Shown piece after piece: positions 1 through 10,944 of a DNA stretch of 64,000 nucleotides (position 1 is the stretch's first letter; the number at the start of each line of letters is the position of its first letter). This DNA is from Octopus sinensis. Its lineage: Eukaryota. The stretch lies in the NCBI RefSeq assembly GCF_006345805.1, contig NC_043005.1:100068001-100132000 (forward strand). The letters are read 5' to 3'. Below the pieces are notes generated by a model that had not been told where the DNA came from, searched no databases, and was given only the letters and a program-made list of their open reading frames with translations. Position numbers and translations under genes: made by a program.

Positions 1-266
1 TGATGCTAACAGTAGAGGAGACCCTAAAAATCAGCACATATATGCAGACCAAATAGAATTCAGTAGCACAGCCAAGAAGAGGCAAGATTATAGAAAAAGA
101 ACTTTGAAATGGAATCTTGTTTACCATGAAGTTATCTTTATGAGGTATTGCTCAATCAATATAATTATATATGAAAAGCAGTATTTCAAATAAATGTTAT
201 TGTTCAAAAGTATTCAAACAATAATAAATCTCTGAACGAGGTATAAACAGTAGCTGCATGAAAATA

Positions 267-880
267 TGAAGTATATTTGTCACTTAAATGTGGCTAACCA
301 CTAAGGGTGGATGCTGCTGTAGCTTGTAGCCCCAGGAGAACATCTTCTCCAGCTGGCTATTGACACACTTTCTGTGCCATATCAGTATTTTCAAAGGCAG
401 TGAGCTGGCAGAAACATTGGTACACTGGGCGAAATGCTTAGCGGTATTTCGTCTGCCGCTACGTTCTGAGTTCAAATTCCACCGAGGTCGACTTTGCCTT
501 TCATTCTTTCAGGGTCGATTAAATAAGTACCAGTTACGCACTGGGGTCGATGTAATCGCCTTAATATGTTGTCTGTCCTTGTTTGTCCCCTCTGTGTTTA
601 GCCCCTTGTGGGTAGTAAAGAAATAAATATTTGCAAAGGGAAGCCATCCTTCCCATCGTCAACCTGACGTGATATGCACGAACGCAAGTTTCTGGGTATT
701 TACCTGTCATCAGCGCATGACATCACTAGTCTTTGACGTGAAGGGGGTCCCAATGCAAATACTGATAGGGCACAGAAAGTGTGTCAATAGCCAGCTGGAG
801 AAAATGTTCTCCTGGGGCTACAAGCTACAGTAGCATCCTTCCTTAGTGGTTAGCCACATTTAAGTGGCAAATATACTTCA
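267..880. mobile_element. Non-autonomous long-inverted-repeat element (MITE-like), interrupted by a SINE
   Basis: 267-390 is the reverse complement of 757-880 (124 bp, about 6 mismatches). No ORF. TSD not resolved. Confidence 0.7.
396..625 (+). mobile_element. tRNA-derived SINE, family B
   Basis: A-box-like TGGCAGAAAC, B-box-like GAGTTCAAATTCC, body GCCTTTCAT..GGGTCGAT, tail GCCCCTTGTGGGTAGTAAAGAAATA. Many homologues in the window. Confidence 0.9.
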
Positions 881-1899
881 CAGTATACAAACAGTTATTA
901 ATTTTCACTGAAGAAGTCAATCTAAATGTTATTTGCACAGTTTATGAAGGTACATATATGATTAACAAATATTTTTTACCTGCAGTGTAACACCAGGTAA
1001 CAGTAGTAGTAGTAGTAGTAGTAGTAGCAATAGCAGATAATTATGACTGCTTAAAAGTAACTTTCTCTTCCCCAGTTTCCAAATAAAATGTTTAAGTTAT
1101 TATGCATTATGTTAGTGAATGTGAATGATGAAATAGATGCTGAGAACTGAGCTGTAAATACAGAGAGCACAATAGATTCAGCACAAGCAACAGCTATTGC
1201 ATAGCAAATGTACCATAACTTTTGCCTCCTTCCTTCCTGAGAGCTTACATGTTTGCTCTGAGATGAGCTGCTTCTGTGAGTGGAATGCATATTGCTTGAT
1301 TGTAAGTCATATTATACACATAGATGCATGCATATACATACATATGTACATAGAATTTACATATATGAATGCATATTTTCTACACATAAAATCACACACA
1401 CACACACACAGATATGAGTGTGTACGTGTGTATGTATATGAATGTGTGTGTATGTGTGTGAGTGTAAACACATAAATCCTTATACAGAAGCATACACATA
1501 TAGACCAATATTAATACACAGGTACGCATACACAAGTGCATGCACAGGCTCATAACTGTACACACACACACACACACACTGCACATGCACACACGCAAAC
1601 ATGCAAACACACATCATGGTTGATTAACAGCACAGCTTAATGGGTTTACTTTGAAATTTTTGCCAAAGGGATAATCTGATAAAAAGGCTTAAATAATTTA
1701 GAAGATTAGAACAAACAACTTGTTGCTGATATTCAGTTAATTAATGATGTGTGTACAGAAAATAGGCTAAGTGTAAATACACACACACACACACACACAC
1801 GTATAAACATTCATATACATACACATTAGCAGTTGGGAATTGATATAAACATGCGCACCCCACGAGTTGAACGAAAGCATATTGATAAAGGTGATATAT

Positions 1900-2038
1900 C
1901 AATATATATACACACACGTACATACATACGCACATATATATATGCACATATTTATACATATACATACATACATACACACACATATATATATATATGCACA
2001 TATTTATACATATACATACATACACACATATATATGCA
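1900..2038. repeat. ~36-40 bp TA/CA minisatellite (left part)
   Basis: Unit ATATGCACATATTTATACATATACATACATACACAC repeated; the same unit resumes at about 4470-4800. Confidence 0.8.
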
Positions 2039-4455
2039 CATGTCACTCTTCCCTCCCACATCCACGATACCAACCATGCTCTCCGGCTTTTCAACTCTTT
2101 CTCCTTTCCTCCCGGCTCCTCCAAAATCCTTTTTACTATGGACATCCAAAGCCTCTATACTGTTATCCCTCACCACGAAGGACTGCAGGCCCTTCGACAC
2201 TTTCTTGACCTCCGCTCTAACCCTGTACCTGACACCTCCACACTCATTCGTCTGGCCGAACTTGTCCTTACTCTGAACTGCTTCTCGTTCGCGGGCGAGT
2301 TCTACCATCAGGTCTCGGGAGTGGCCATGGGAACGCGAATGGGCCCCAACTATGCGAACCTGTTCGTTGGCTATGTGAGGCCAAATATTCTCTAATTTCA
2401 CTGGTCCCACTCCTGAACTATATGGTCGTTATATTGACGACATTATCGGTGCCACCTCACTCTCCCGCGAACATCTAGATTCCTTCCTCTCTTTCGTCCA
2501 ATCTTTCCATCCAGCCCTCCACTTCACTTCCACTATCTCCAACACCTCTGTCTCCTTCCTCGACATTTCGGTTAGCATTCTTCACTCCACTCTTACCACC
2601 TCCATTCACTACAAACACAGACTCACACTCATACCTCAACTTCTCTTCCTCCCACCCAGAACACACCAAGCTTTCCATCCCCTATTCCCAATTCCTCCGT
2701 CTACGTAGGCTCTGTAGTGACGACCATGACTTTGAGACTCAGTCTCAACGTATGGCTCACCACTTCACCCTACGTGGATACCCCCTCACCACTATCCACA
2801 CCGCCCTTGCCAGAGCACGGTCCGTGGACCGTGTATCTGCTCTCTCTCCCAAACCTGCCCTGTAGTCTCCCGCCTCATTTTCCCCTCACTTACCACCCCA
2901 CGACCCTACGTCTCCAACGCACCATTCTTCGAGCTTTCCGTCATCTCCAGTCCGACCCGTCCACTTCACACCTCTTCCCTAACCGATCCCTCCCTCTTTC
3001 AAACGAGCCCACAACCTTCGAGACCTTTTGGTCCATAGCTCCTTCCCTGACCCTACCTCCCAACCCGGCTCGTTCCCCTGCTCCCGCCCACGTTGCCGCA
3101 CTTGCCCTTACCTCTCCAACACCACCCGCCTCACTAGCACCCACCATCGACCCTATCCCATCATCCACTCCTTCACCTGCACCTCCAGCAATATTATCTA
3201 TTGCATCTCTGCTCTCTCTGCAATTCCTTGTACATCGGACAAACGGGACGCCGCTTGGCTGACCGGTTCGGGAACACCTTCGTGACATCCACCTTGCGAA
3301 CGACACACCGGTCTCACGCCATTTCCGCTCCACCGGTCACTCCTTGCAACACCTATCTGTGTTCGGTTTTGTCCTTACACAGAGGCCATCCGGATTCCCG
3401 TTTGCGCCGTGGAACAGGATTAATCTCTCTCTTCGCTCTTATACGCCATTTGGTCTCAACTCTCCCCCCCCCTCCTCATCTAACCCCCCTCTCCCCCCTC
3501 CTCATTAACCCCCCTTCCCCCCTCCTCACTATCCTTTCTCCCGACCCCTACTTCTTCAGTCCTTCATCCTTTCAGCCCTACTCCCCTTCCCTTCTTCCCT
3601 CTTTCTCCCTCCCTTCCCCTTCCCTCTGCTCCCTCACTCCCTCTCTCCCCTCTCTCTCTCCCCCTCTCCCTCTTTCCTCCTTCATCCCCCTCCTCCACCT
3701 TCCTTCTCCCCCATCGTTTCCTCTTCCCTTCTCCTCCCCTCTTCTTCCCCTTCCCTTCTCTCTCCCTCTTCTCCTCACTACACCACATGACTTTACACAT
3801 CACATCACATATGATGTGCCATACTAATAACACACCAAACTAATACATACTAATACGTACTAATACATACTAGTACATACTAATACTTACACCAACCCTA
3901 TACATACACACGTCCAGACCCCGCATACGCACTTATACTCTCTCACACACACATACACACACCTATACATACCAATACGTACTAATACATACTAATACAT
4001 ACTAATACATACACAACCCCATACATACGCACGTCCAGACCAATCTTACGCACTAATACTCTCTCATACACACACACACACACACACACACCTTATACAT
4101 ACTAATACATACACCACCCTATACATACACACATCCAGACCCCTCCCACGCACTTTTAGCTGGTCCCTCAACCCTTTTATCAACCCTATTATCCCCTTAT
4201 TCGCTCTCGCGTCTCATGTTTGATCTTTGACCTCTGGCCGAAATCAGATCGCATGTTGATTCGTTAGCTACTGCACGCATTTTTTTTCTCTCTTCTTTCT
4301 GTGTTTTTCTCTCTCTGTGTATTTTCTGTTGAAGAGCGTAGGCTCGAAACGTTAAAGACTTGTTTTATTTATATTTCCTGAGCGCCATACTAATACAATT
4401 GTTCGTTTGTTTTCCACCTGCCTTCGTCTTTTGTTTATTTTCATAAAGCTTCCCG
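2039..4455 (+). mobile_element. Penelope-like retroelement, 5'-truncated and frameshifted (RT + GIY-YIG endonuclease + pseudo-LTR-like 3' region)
   Basis: Translates to LFTMDIQSLYTVIPH, GVAMGTRMGPNYANLFVG, RYIDD (YIDD 2430-2441), FLDI, CSRPRCRTC, IIYCI..LYIGQTGRR (YIG 3231-3239), ending near 3463. Followed by pyrimidine/CA-rich sequence and a hammerhead-like motif. Confidence 0.95.
4322..4357 (+). ncRNA. Minimal hammerhead-ribozyme-like motif (core variant, probably decayed)
   Basis: TTTT-CTGTTGA-A-GAGC(GTAG)GCTC-GAAAC-GTT-AAAG: perfect 4-bp stem II, GAAA, one core mismatch to CUGANGA, located in the Penelope 3' region. Confidence 0.5.
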
Positions 4456-4469
4456 TTACATTTACATAC

Positions 4470-4800
4470 ATACACACAGATTTATATGCACATATTTATA
4501 TATATACCTACATACATATATATATGCACGTAATTATACATATACATACATACACACATATATATGCACATATTTATACATATACATACATACACATATA
4601 TATATATGTACATATTTATAGATATACATACATACACACACATATATATGCACATATTTGTACATATACATACACACATATATATGTACATATTTATACA
4701 TATACATACACACATATATATGTACATATTTATACATATGCATACATACACACATATATATATACACATATTTGTACACATACATACCTACATGCACACA
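4470..4800. repeat. ~36-40 bp TA/CA minisatellite (right part)
   Basis: Same unit as 1900-2038, multiple diverged copies. Confidence 0.8.
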
Positions 4801-5138
4801 TGCAGACACACACACACATATATATTTATATAAATATATACACACACACAGAGAAAGAAGGAGAGAGAAAGGAGATGGTGGGGAAAAGTGGGAGGTAAAA
4901 GACTGGTAAAAGGTGGATTTCACAGATATATGTGTATATTTGTCTTTGTTGTTTACGTAATCATGAAGATTATTTAAACAGTGAGGTTAAATGTTTGTTT
5001 ATTAAATGCGTACGTGAAAATTTATCAATGATTTGTCCACAAAGCTGCTGTCTTGGTGTTTTAGTTTATAAAACCCGCAATGAAAATGGATAGACTCATT
5101 TAGAAATGAGCAAAAACTATATCTGTTGTTCAAAGATA

Positions 5139-5410
5139 TCATCATCATCATCGTTTAACGTCCGTTTTCCGTACTAGCATGGGTTGAACGGTTCGACCGG
5201 GGTTTGGGAAGCCAGGAGGCTGCACCAGGCTCCACTCTGAGCTGGCAGTGTTTCTACTGCTGGATGCCCTTCCTAATGCCAACCACTCTGTGAGTGTAGT
5301 GGGTGCTTTTAACGTGCCAGGGGACGCTGGCAGCGGCCACGATTGGTTGGTGCTTTTCATGTGCCACCAGCACAGAAGCATCGGCCACATTTGGATAGTG
5401 CTTTTTACGT
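5139..5410 (-). mobile_element. 3' end of RTE-type LINE (non-coding tail with repeat units)
   Basis: Reverse complement of ..TTAGGAAGGGCATCCAGC..CATGCTAGTACGGAAAACGGACGTTAAACG(ATG)n. Same tail family as 34635-34817; RTE ORF sequence is joined to its repeat units at 34818-35148 and 46553-46782. Confidence 0.75.
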
Positions 5411-5910
5411 TTTTTTTTTGCAAATATCTGCTTGTTACTCTCTCTCACTTTCTTTCTCTCCCTCTCCCCCTCTTTCTTTCACACACACTCTTTCTCTCTC
5501 CCCCAATTTCTCCCTATTTTTGTCTGTATAGCAGATGAAAGATATCCAAGATTAGCTGATAATGACTGGGAAAATTAGTCAAGCATGCCATTCAGTTAAT
5601 TATTAAAAAAGTATCACGAAGGATATCTTTAGGGCTCTGCAAATTTATCCACAAACATTTTAGTAAATCTTATAAGTTTTGGTAAATTTTCATATCAATT
5701 TCTTAAAATTTAAAAAAAATTTGTTTACATAGGGTTATATGCCCATATTTGGATTTATTAATTCCTTCCATGTTTTGTTTCCTATATGATGCAAACAAGT
5801 CCAATAGATGTGTATATGAGAATGCTCCAAGCTCCATAATTCTTATTCTCACTTGAATTGAGAATAAGAAACCTTAAGAAGCAATTCATAGATATTCAAC
5901 TTTGAATAAA

Positions 5911-6302
5911 TACTAGCAGTATCTCCTGGCATTGCTCGGGTTTGTTTTGACCCTTTACAATTGGAAGTTTTGAAAAGTAAAAATTTTGCATTATGTAGCT
6001 TGTTATTCTCTTTAAGTGAACATTTTTCTGGTTGAAATACACCGAAAAATGGCGACACAGCAGTAAAAAAATTGTAAAAAATAGGGATTTTCATAGAAAA
6101 AAGCACCTTTTTGATGTAAATAATTTTTGGTGTTAACATGGTCCGATTTGAATTTTTTTCTTCTATGGAATGAAGAGCAAGCCTTCTTCTATCATACTCT
6201 TAATTTTGGTCAACTTGTGCCGCAGGGTCTCAGAGGAGATAGTGTTAGTTGAAGGCTACCAAACCTGCCATACACAGACAACTTCAGCTTTATATATAGA
6301 GA
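5911..6302 (+). mobile_element. Putative non-autonomous Helitron/Helentron-type element
   Basis: Starts TACTAGCAG..CCTGGCATTGCTCGGG (subterminal palindrome) and ends ACAGAC..TTTATATATAGAG, the architecture of DINE-1/Lep1-like elements. Classification by resemblance only. Confidence 0.45.
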
Positions 6303-6652
6303 GATAAACCCAATCTACCTTACAGTATTGACTCCTTCCTCTGGCTTAATTGCATTAGTAATGCTATAACATTGAGCATTCTCTGCAGCTTGGTAAACCA
6401 ACTGACTCATGAAGCAGTGACTGATTGATTTTATTAAATGCATATACATGATGATGATGTTGATTCCAAGAGGCAAAATATGTATCATGTGTCTTACCAA
6501 AAGAAATGGTAAAAAAATGAGGTGGAAAGCCATCTTTGGAGAAGTTTACTTGACCAGCATTTAGAAACAACTAAGGTTTTAAATTATACAAACATCACCT
6601 GGCCAATGAATTATTGAATCATTTTAAATTTAATTTCTTTAACTGCATATAC

Positions 6653-7061
6653 ACTCTTTACTCTTTTACTTGTTTCAGTCATTTGACTGTGGCCATGCTG
6701 GAGCACCACCTTTAGTCGAGCAAATCGAACCCCAGGACTTATTCTTTGTAAGCCCAGTACTTATTCTATCATTCTCTTTTGCCGAACTGCTAAGTTACAG
6801 GGACATAAACACAAGCATCGGTTGTCAAGCGATGTTGGGGGGACAAACACAGACACACAAACATATACACACACATGCATATATATATACATATATACGA
6901 TGGGCTTCTTTCAGTTTCCGTCTACCAAATCCACTCACAAGGCTTTGGTTGGACCGAGGCTATAGTAGAAGACACTTGCCCAAGGTGCCACGCAGTGGGA
7001 CTGAACCCAGAACCATGTGGTTCGTAAGCAAGTTACTTACCACACAGCCACTCCTATGCCT
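6653..7061 (-). mobile_element. tRNA-derived SINE, family A, full length
   Basis: Minus-strand head GGCATAGGAGTGGCTGTGTGG with B box GGTTCAGTCCC, internal TA/TG microsatellite, tail CCAGCATGGCCACAGTCAAATGACTGAAACAAG(TAAAAGAG)n. Confidence 0.9.
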
Positions 7062-7488
7062 ATAGAGAGTATGTTTTATAACTTTTACTAATAACTCCCA
7101 GCAATCTCTCAATAGCAATATAACAACATTCAAAACACATTTACATAACATTTGACAAAAAAAAAAAGAAACCTCATTAACATCATCAAAGACTTGATAT
7201 AAAATTTACAATAGATACAAATGACAATTTGATAATTGATAATTTTCTTGATATATCACAAAGCATAAACGGTAGCAACAATCACACATCTGGAAATAAA
7301 AAGAAAGGCTATTGTAAATTTAAAAAAGCTCTAAGCATCTATCCTCCTCCTTTTAAAAAAATAGTTAAGACTACTGACATAGAATTTTCTGTAAGGCTCT
7401 TCAGATCCTTGTTCACCTGATTCTTCCAAGATTACAATGACACACTGATGTTAACTGTCTTCCATAATACAATATGTAACACTACAAA

Positions 7489-7876
7489 GGTGGTGAGCTG
7501 GCAGAAACGCTAGCATGACAGGCGAAATGTTTAGTGGTATTTATGTTGTGAGTTCAAATTCTGCTGAGGTCGACTTTGCCTTTCATCCTTTTGGGGTCGA
7601 TTAAATAAATACCAGTTATGCACTGGGGTCAATATAATCGACTTATTCCATTTGTCTGTCCTTGTTTGTCCCCTCTGTGTTTAGCCCCTTGTGGGTAGTA
7701 AAGAAATAGGTATTTCATCTGTCTTTATGTTCTGAGTTCAAATTCTGCCGAGGTTGACCTTGCCTTTCATCCTTTTGGGGTCGATAAATTAAGTACCAGT
7801 TGTGTACTGAGGTCGATCTAATCGACTGGCCCCCCCCTCCCCCAAAATGTTGGGTCTTGTGCCTAGAGTAGAAAAG
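7489..7876 (+). mobile_element. Composite SINE: B2 copy containing a 5'-truncated B copy
   Basis: One head, two bodies, two different tails. Perfect 18-bp TSD AATATGTAACACTACAAA at 7471-7488 and 7877-7894. GGTATTT duplicated at 7536 and 7709. Confidence 0.9.
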
Positions 7877-8735
7877 AATATGTAACACTACAAATAACAA
7901 AGATTCCTTAAACAAAATAAATGCAAAATACTAGGGCCCCATTCCTTTCTGAACTTGTAATGCCCAGACAAACCTTGCCCATAATCTTTTTACTGTGATA
8001 CACCTACCGCCAACAACCACAAAGTATTTAAAAGAAACAACATAAAACTACGTTACAGCTTCACATCAAAGTTCGATTCCATGCAGAATAAAAAAGACTC
8101 TACTCAAATTAATCACGCAGCAACAACTGACTCTTTCTTAATAGGCAGTTTCATTAGTTTCATAAATCCTCTGTGTGATGGTCTATGCCTTCAAAAATCA
8201 GACAACACACTCTGATAATGACAACATATATGTGTTCAATGATTCTACAAACACACACCCTCAAAAAACATCAAGAGAAGAATATGCAGCAGCTTATCTA
8301 GATACATATGGTGACCGAAAGACCAACAAGACATTAGCAATAACTCCAAGTGGGAATCACAGACAATGTTAAAACATGATTAGAATGGCGATAGCAACAT
8401 GTGTATTCCAAAGTAGTTCACCATACTGTTCCATTGTGAACCAACACTGTAATTAAAGTCTAAGCTAATCTTCCTTCATAAGCACAGGCCTAAGTACCTA
8501 CAAAATATTTAAAAACTGATAACAATATCATCTATGCCCATGTTCCCTAAAATCAACTAAAGACCATCTATATGTTAACAAAAATGAAAACTGTCATACA
8601 AAAACCACAGCCCACATTCTGTATACCATACCTTTTAATATCCATAGCCCAGATCCTATATTACATACTATCATTATAATACCCACATCTAGGACCTCTA
8701 TTCTATATTCTAAATCCAAATATACAATGCCATAG

Positions 8736-8780
<45 letters not shown>

Positions 8781-9343
8781 TGATATGTTCCCTATCCCCA
8801 AATGTCTACGGACTCATTTTCTATTCATTATCATCTGTACTTGTGAAAGAACCGTCATAGCTCAATAGTTATAACATCAATTTAATACCTCAAATCTATC
8901 TATTTATATAATGAACCGTTTATTTACATATTTATATACTCATTCATTTAAGCAGAATTTTACAATTTCTATATTTTCCACTTTCAGGATTTTTTGAAAT
9001 GTATAATGATAACCTTTGAAATTTAATCTTAAAGCATAAACTCTGATTGTCCAGTAATTCTTAAATAATTGCTAAATGATGGTGATGATGATCATCATTT
9101 TAATATATTTTCTCTTCTTTCATTTATTGGTATTGCAATTTCTATGCATTCCTCATCCATCCATTCACTTATATATAAGTACATAACATGGATTATGTAT
9201 ATAATCAAGACATCAAGATGAAGAATGGAGAATAATGCATTTTCAAAATTTATTAAAGTATTTTCTTCTAATATGAAGAAAATGCTTTAATAGATAAATT
9301 TTGAAGATAAATTATTCTCCATTATTTATTTTGAAGTCTTTAT

Positions 9344-9394
<51 letters not shown>

Positions 9395-9536
9395 ATAGGG
9401 GTTAAGGTTAGGGTTTTCTGTCAAGGGCTTATATGCCCCATTATTGGACTATTTTCTTCAGTCGTTGTGTGGTGATCGCTTATAAGCTTTAAGCTTATAA
9501 AATACTATTATTATTTACAGAAGATATATATATATA

Positions 9537-10869
9537 CAAGGTGGGGTAGAGAGAGGATGGACGTATTTGAAATGGCTATTACTTAGCCTGTAGGAGAGGG
9601 ATATATGTCTGACAGGTACGATTTGGGCTGTGGTGTCTTAGCATTTTTTTTCTTTTCAGGTGAAGCCATGGTACTAGGGATGATACAGCATTGAGTGTTT
9701 GCCTATGACAGTTATGTGAAGAAGAACGAATCTGTCACAGCAGTTCAGTGTGAGTTTCGGTGCCACTTCAACATTTAGATAAATCAGGCTGTTCTCACCC
9801 ATAACACAATCTTATGTTGGGTGAATGTGCTTCGTACACGAGGTACACTAATGAAAAGGAAACCAGTGGGGGCACCACTAATGGTGCAGACCCTGGAAAA
9901 TGTGGGACACGTCAGACAAGCTTTGATACAGAATCCGAATCACTCTGCTTGAAGGCATTCCACTAAACTTGGCATTGGTAATCGATCAGCAAGATGTATG
10001 TTGCATGAAGACCTGCATTTCCACCCATACAAATTGGTCATTGGGCAAGCGTTGAAACCATGGGACTATGCACAGTGATTAACTTTGCATATCAGATGAA
10101 AGCAATTATTTAAGCAAATGAAACCTCATGTGATAAAGCGCATCTTCATCTCAATGGTATGTTGAATCAACAGAACTGTTGTTATTGGGCTCTTGAAAAT
10201 CTGAGAGATCTGCATGAGAGACCACTGCACAGCCCAAAAATGATGGTCTTGTGAGCTGTTGGAAAAGCTGCCTTCATTGGTCCTTACTTTTTTGAAGACA
10301 GTAATGGAAATGCTGTTACTGTGAACTCTGAGCATTACATTGAGATGATAAACAACATCTTTGTGCCTGAATTACCATGAAAACATATGCCTATGCGATG
10401 TGGGTGGTTTCAGCAGGATAGGGCAATGGCCCACACAACCAGAGCATCAATGGGCATTCTTTGCCCTCTCTTCGGTGACTGCCACATTTCCAGGTTTGCT
10501 GACATTCCTTGGCAGTCTCAGTCCCCTGATTTGTCCATGTGTGATTAGTTCTTGTGGGGAAACCTCAAGGCATGTGTGTATGTGCATAAGCCCAATACAT
10601 TGGACAATTTCAAGGAAGCTATTCTCATGGAAGTGGCCCAAATCAACAGAGCAATGCTGGAGAGTGTGGAGGCCAATTTCCAAGAATACCTTCAGAAATG
10701 CATCAGTGAAAACAGACACCACATGATGGATGAATGTTGTTTCCCACACTTTAATTTTGACAAATGCTAATTCAATACAAACACACTGATATCAATAAAA
10801 TTTGCTTGAAGTTAAAATTAATGATTTTGTGAATTTTTCAAAAACGTCCATCCCCTCTGCCCCACACTG
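9537..10869 (+). mobile_element. Full-length but inactivated Tc1/mariner-superfamily DNA transposon, DD41D (rosa/Visitor) type
   Basis: TA-flanked imperfect TIRs (CAAGGTGGGGTAGAGAGAGGATGGACGTATTTGAAA / TTTCAAAAACGTCCATCCCCTCTGCCCCACACTG). Remnant motifs D(K)AHLHLNG, WFQQD, SPDLSMCD*FLWG; 41 residues counted between the second and third D. Multiple stops and frameshifts. Confidence 0.9.
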
Positions 10870-10939
<70 letters not shown>

Positions 10940-10944
10940 ATATA

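Noticed and set aside
396-490. tRNA genes at SINE heads
   Set aside because: They have A/B boxes but no intact cloverleaf and continue into SINE bodies.
1051-1290. Hydrophobic minus-strand ORF (RRQKLWYICYAIAVACAES...) as a membrane-protein exon
   Set aside because: No recognisable family and no convincing donor; antisense of A-rich DNA is hydrophobic by default. The same applies to 6315-6533 and 54399-54614.
5840-5870. 12-bp hairpin TTCTTATTCTCA / TGAGAATAAGAA, and the 10-bp palindrome near 9480-9500
   Set aside because: Short AT-rich inverted repeats with no TSD, second copy or functional context.
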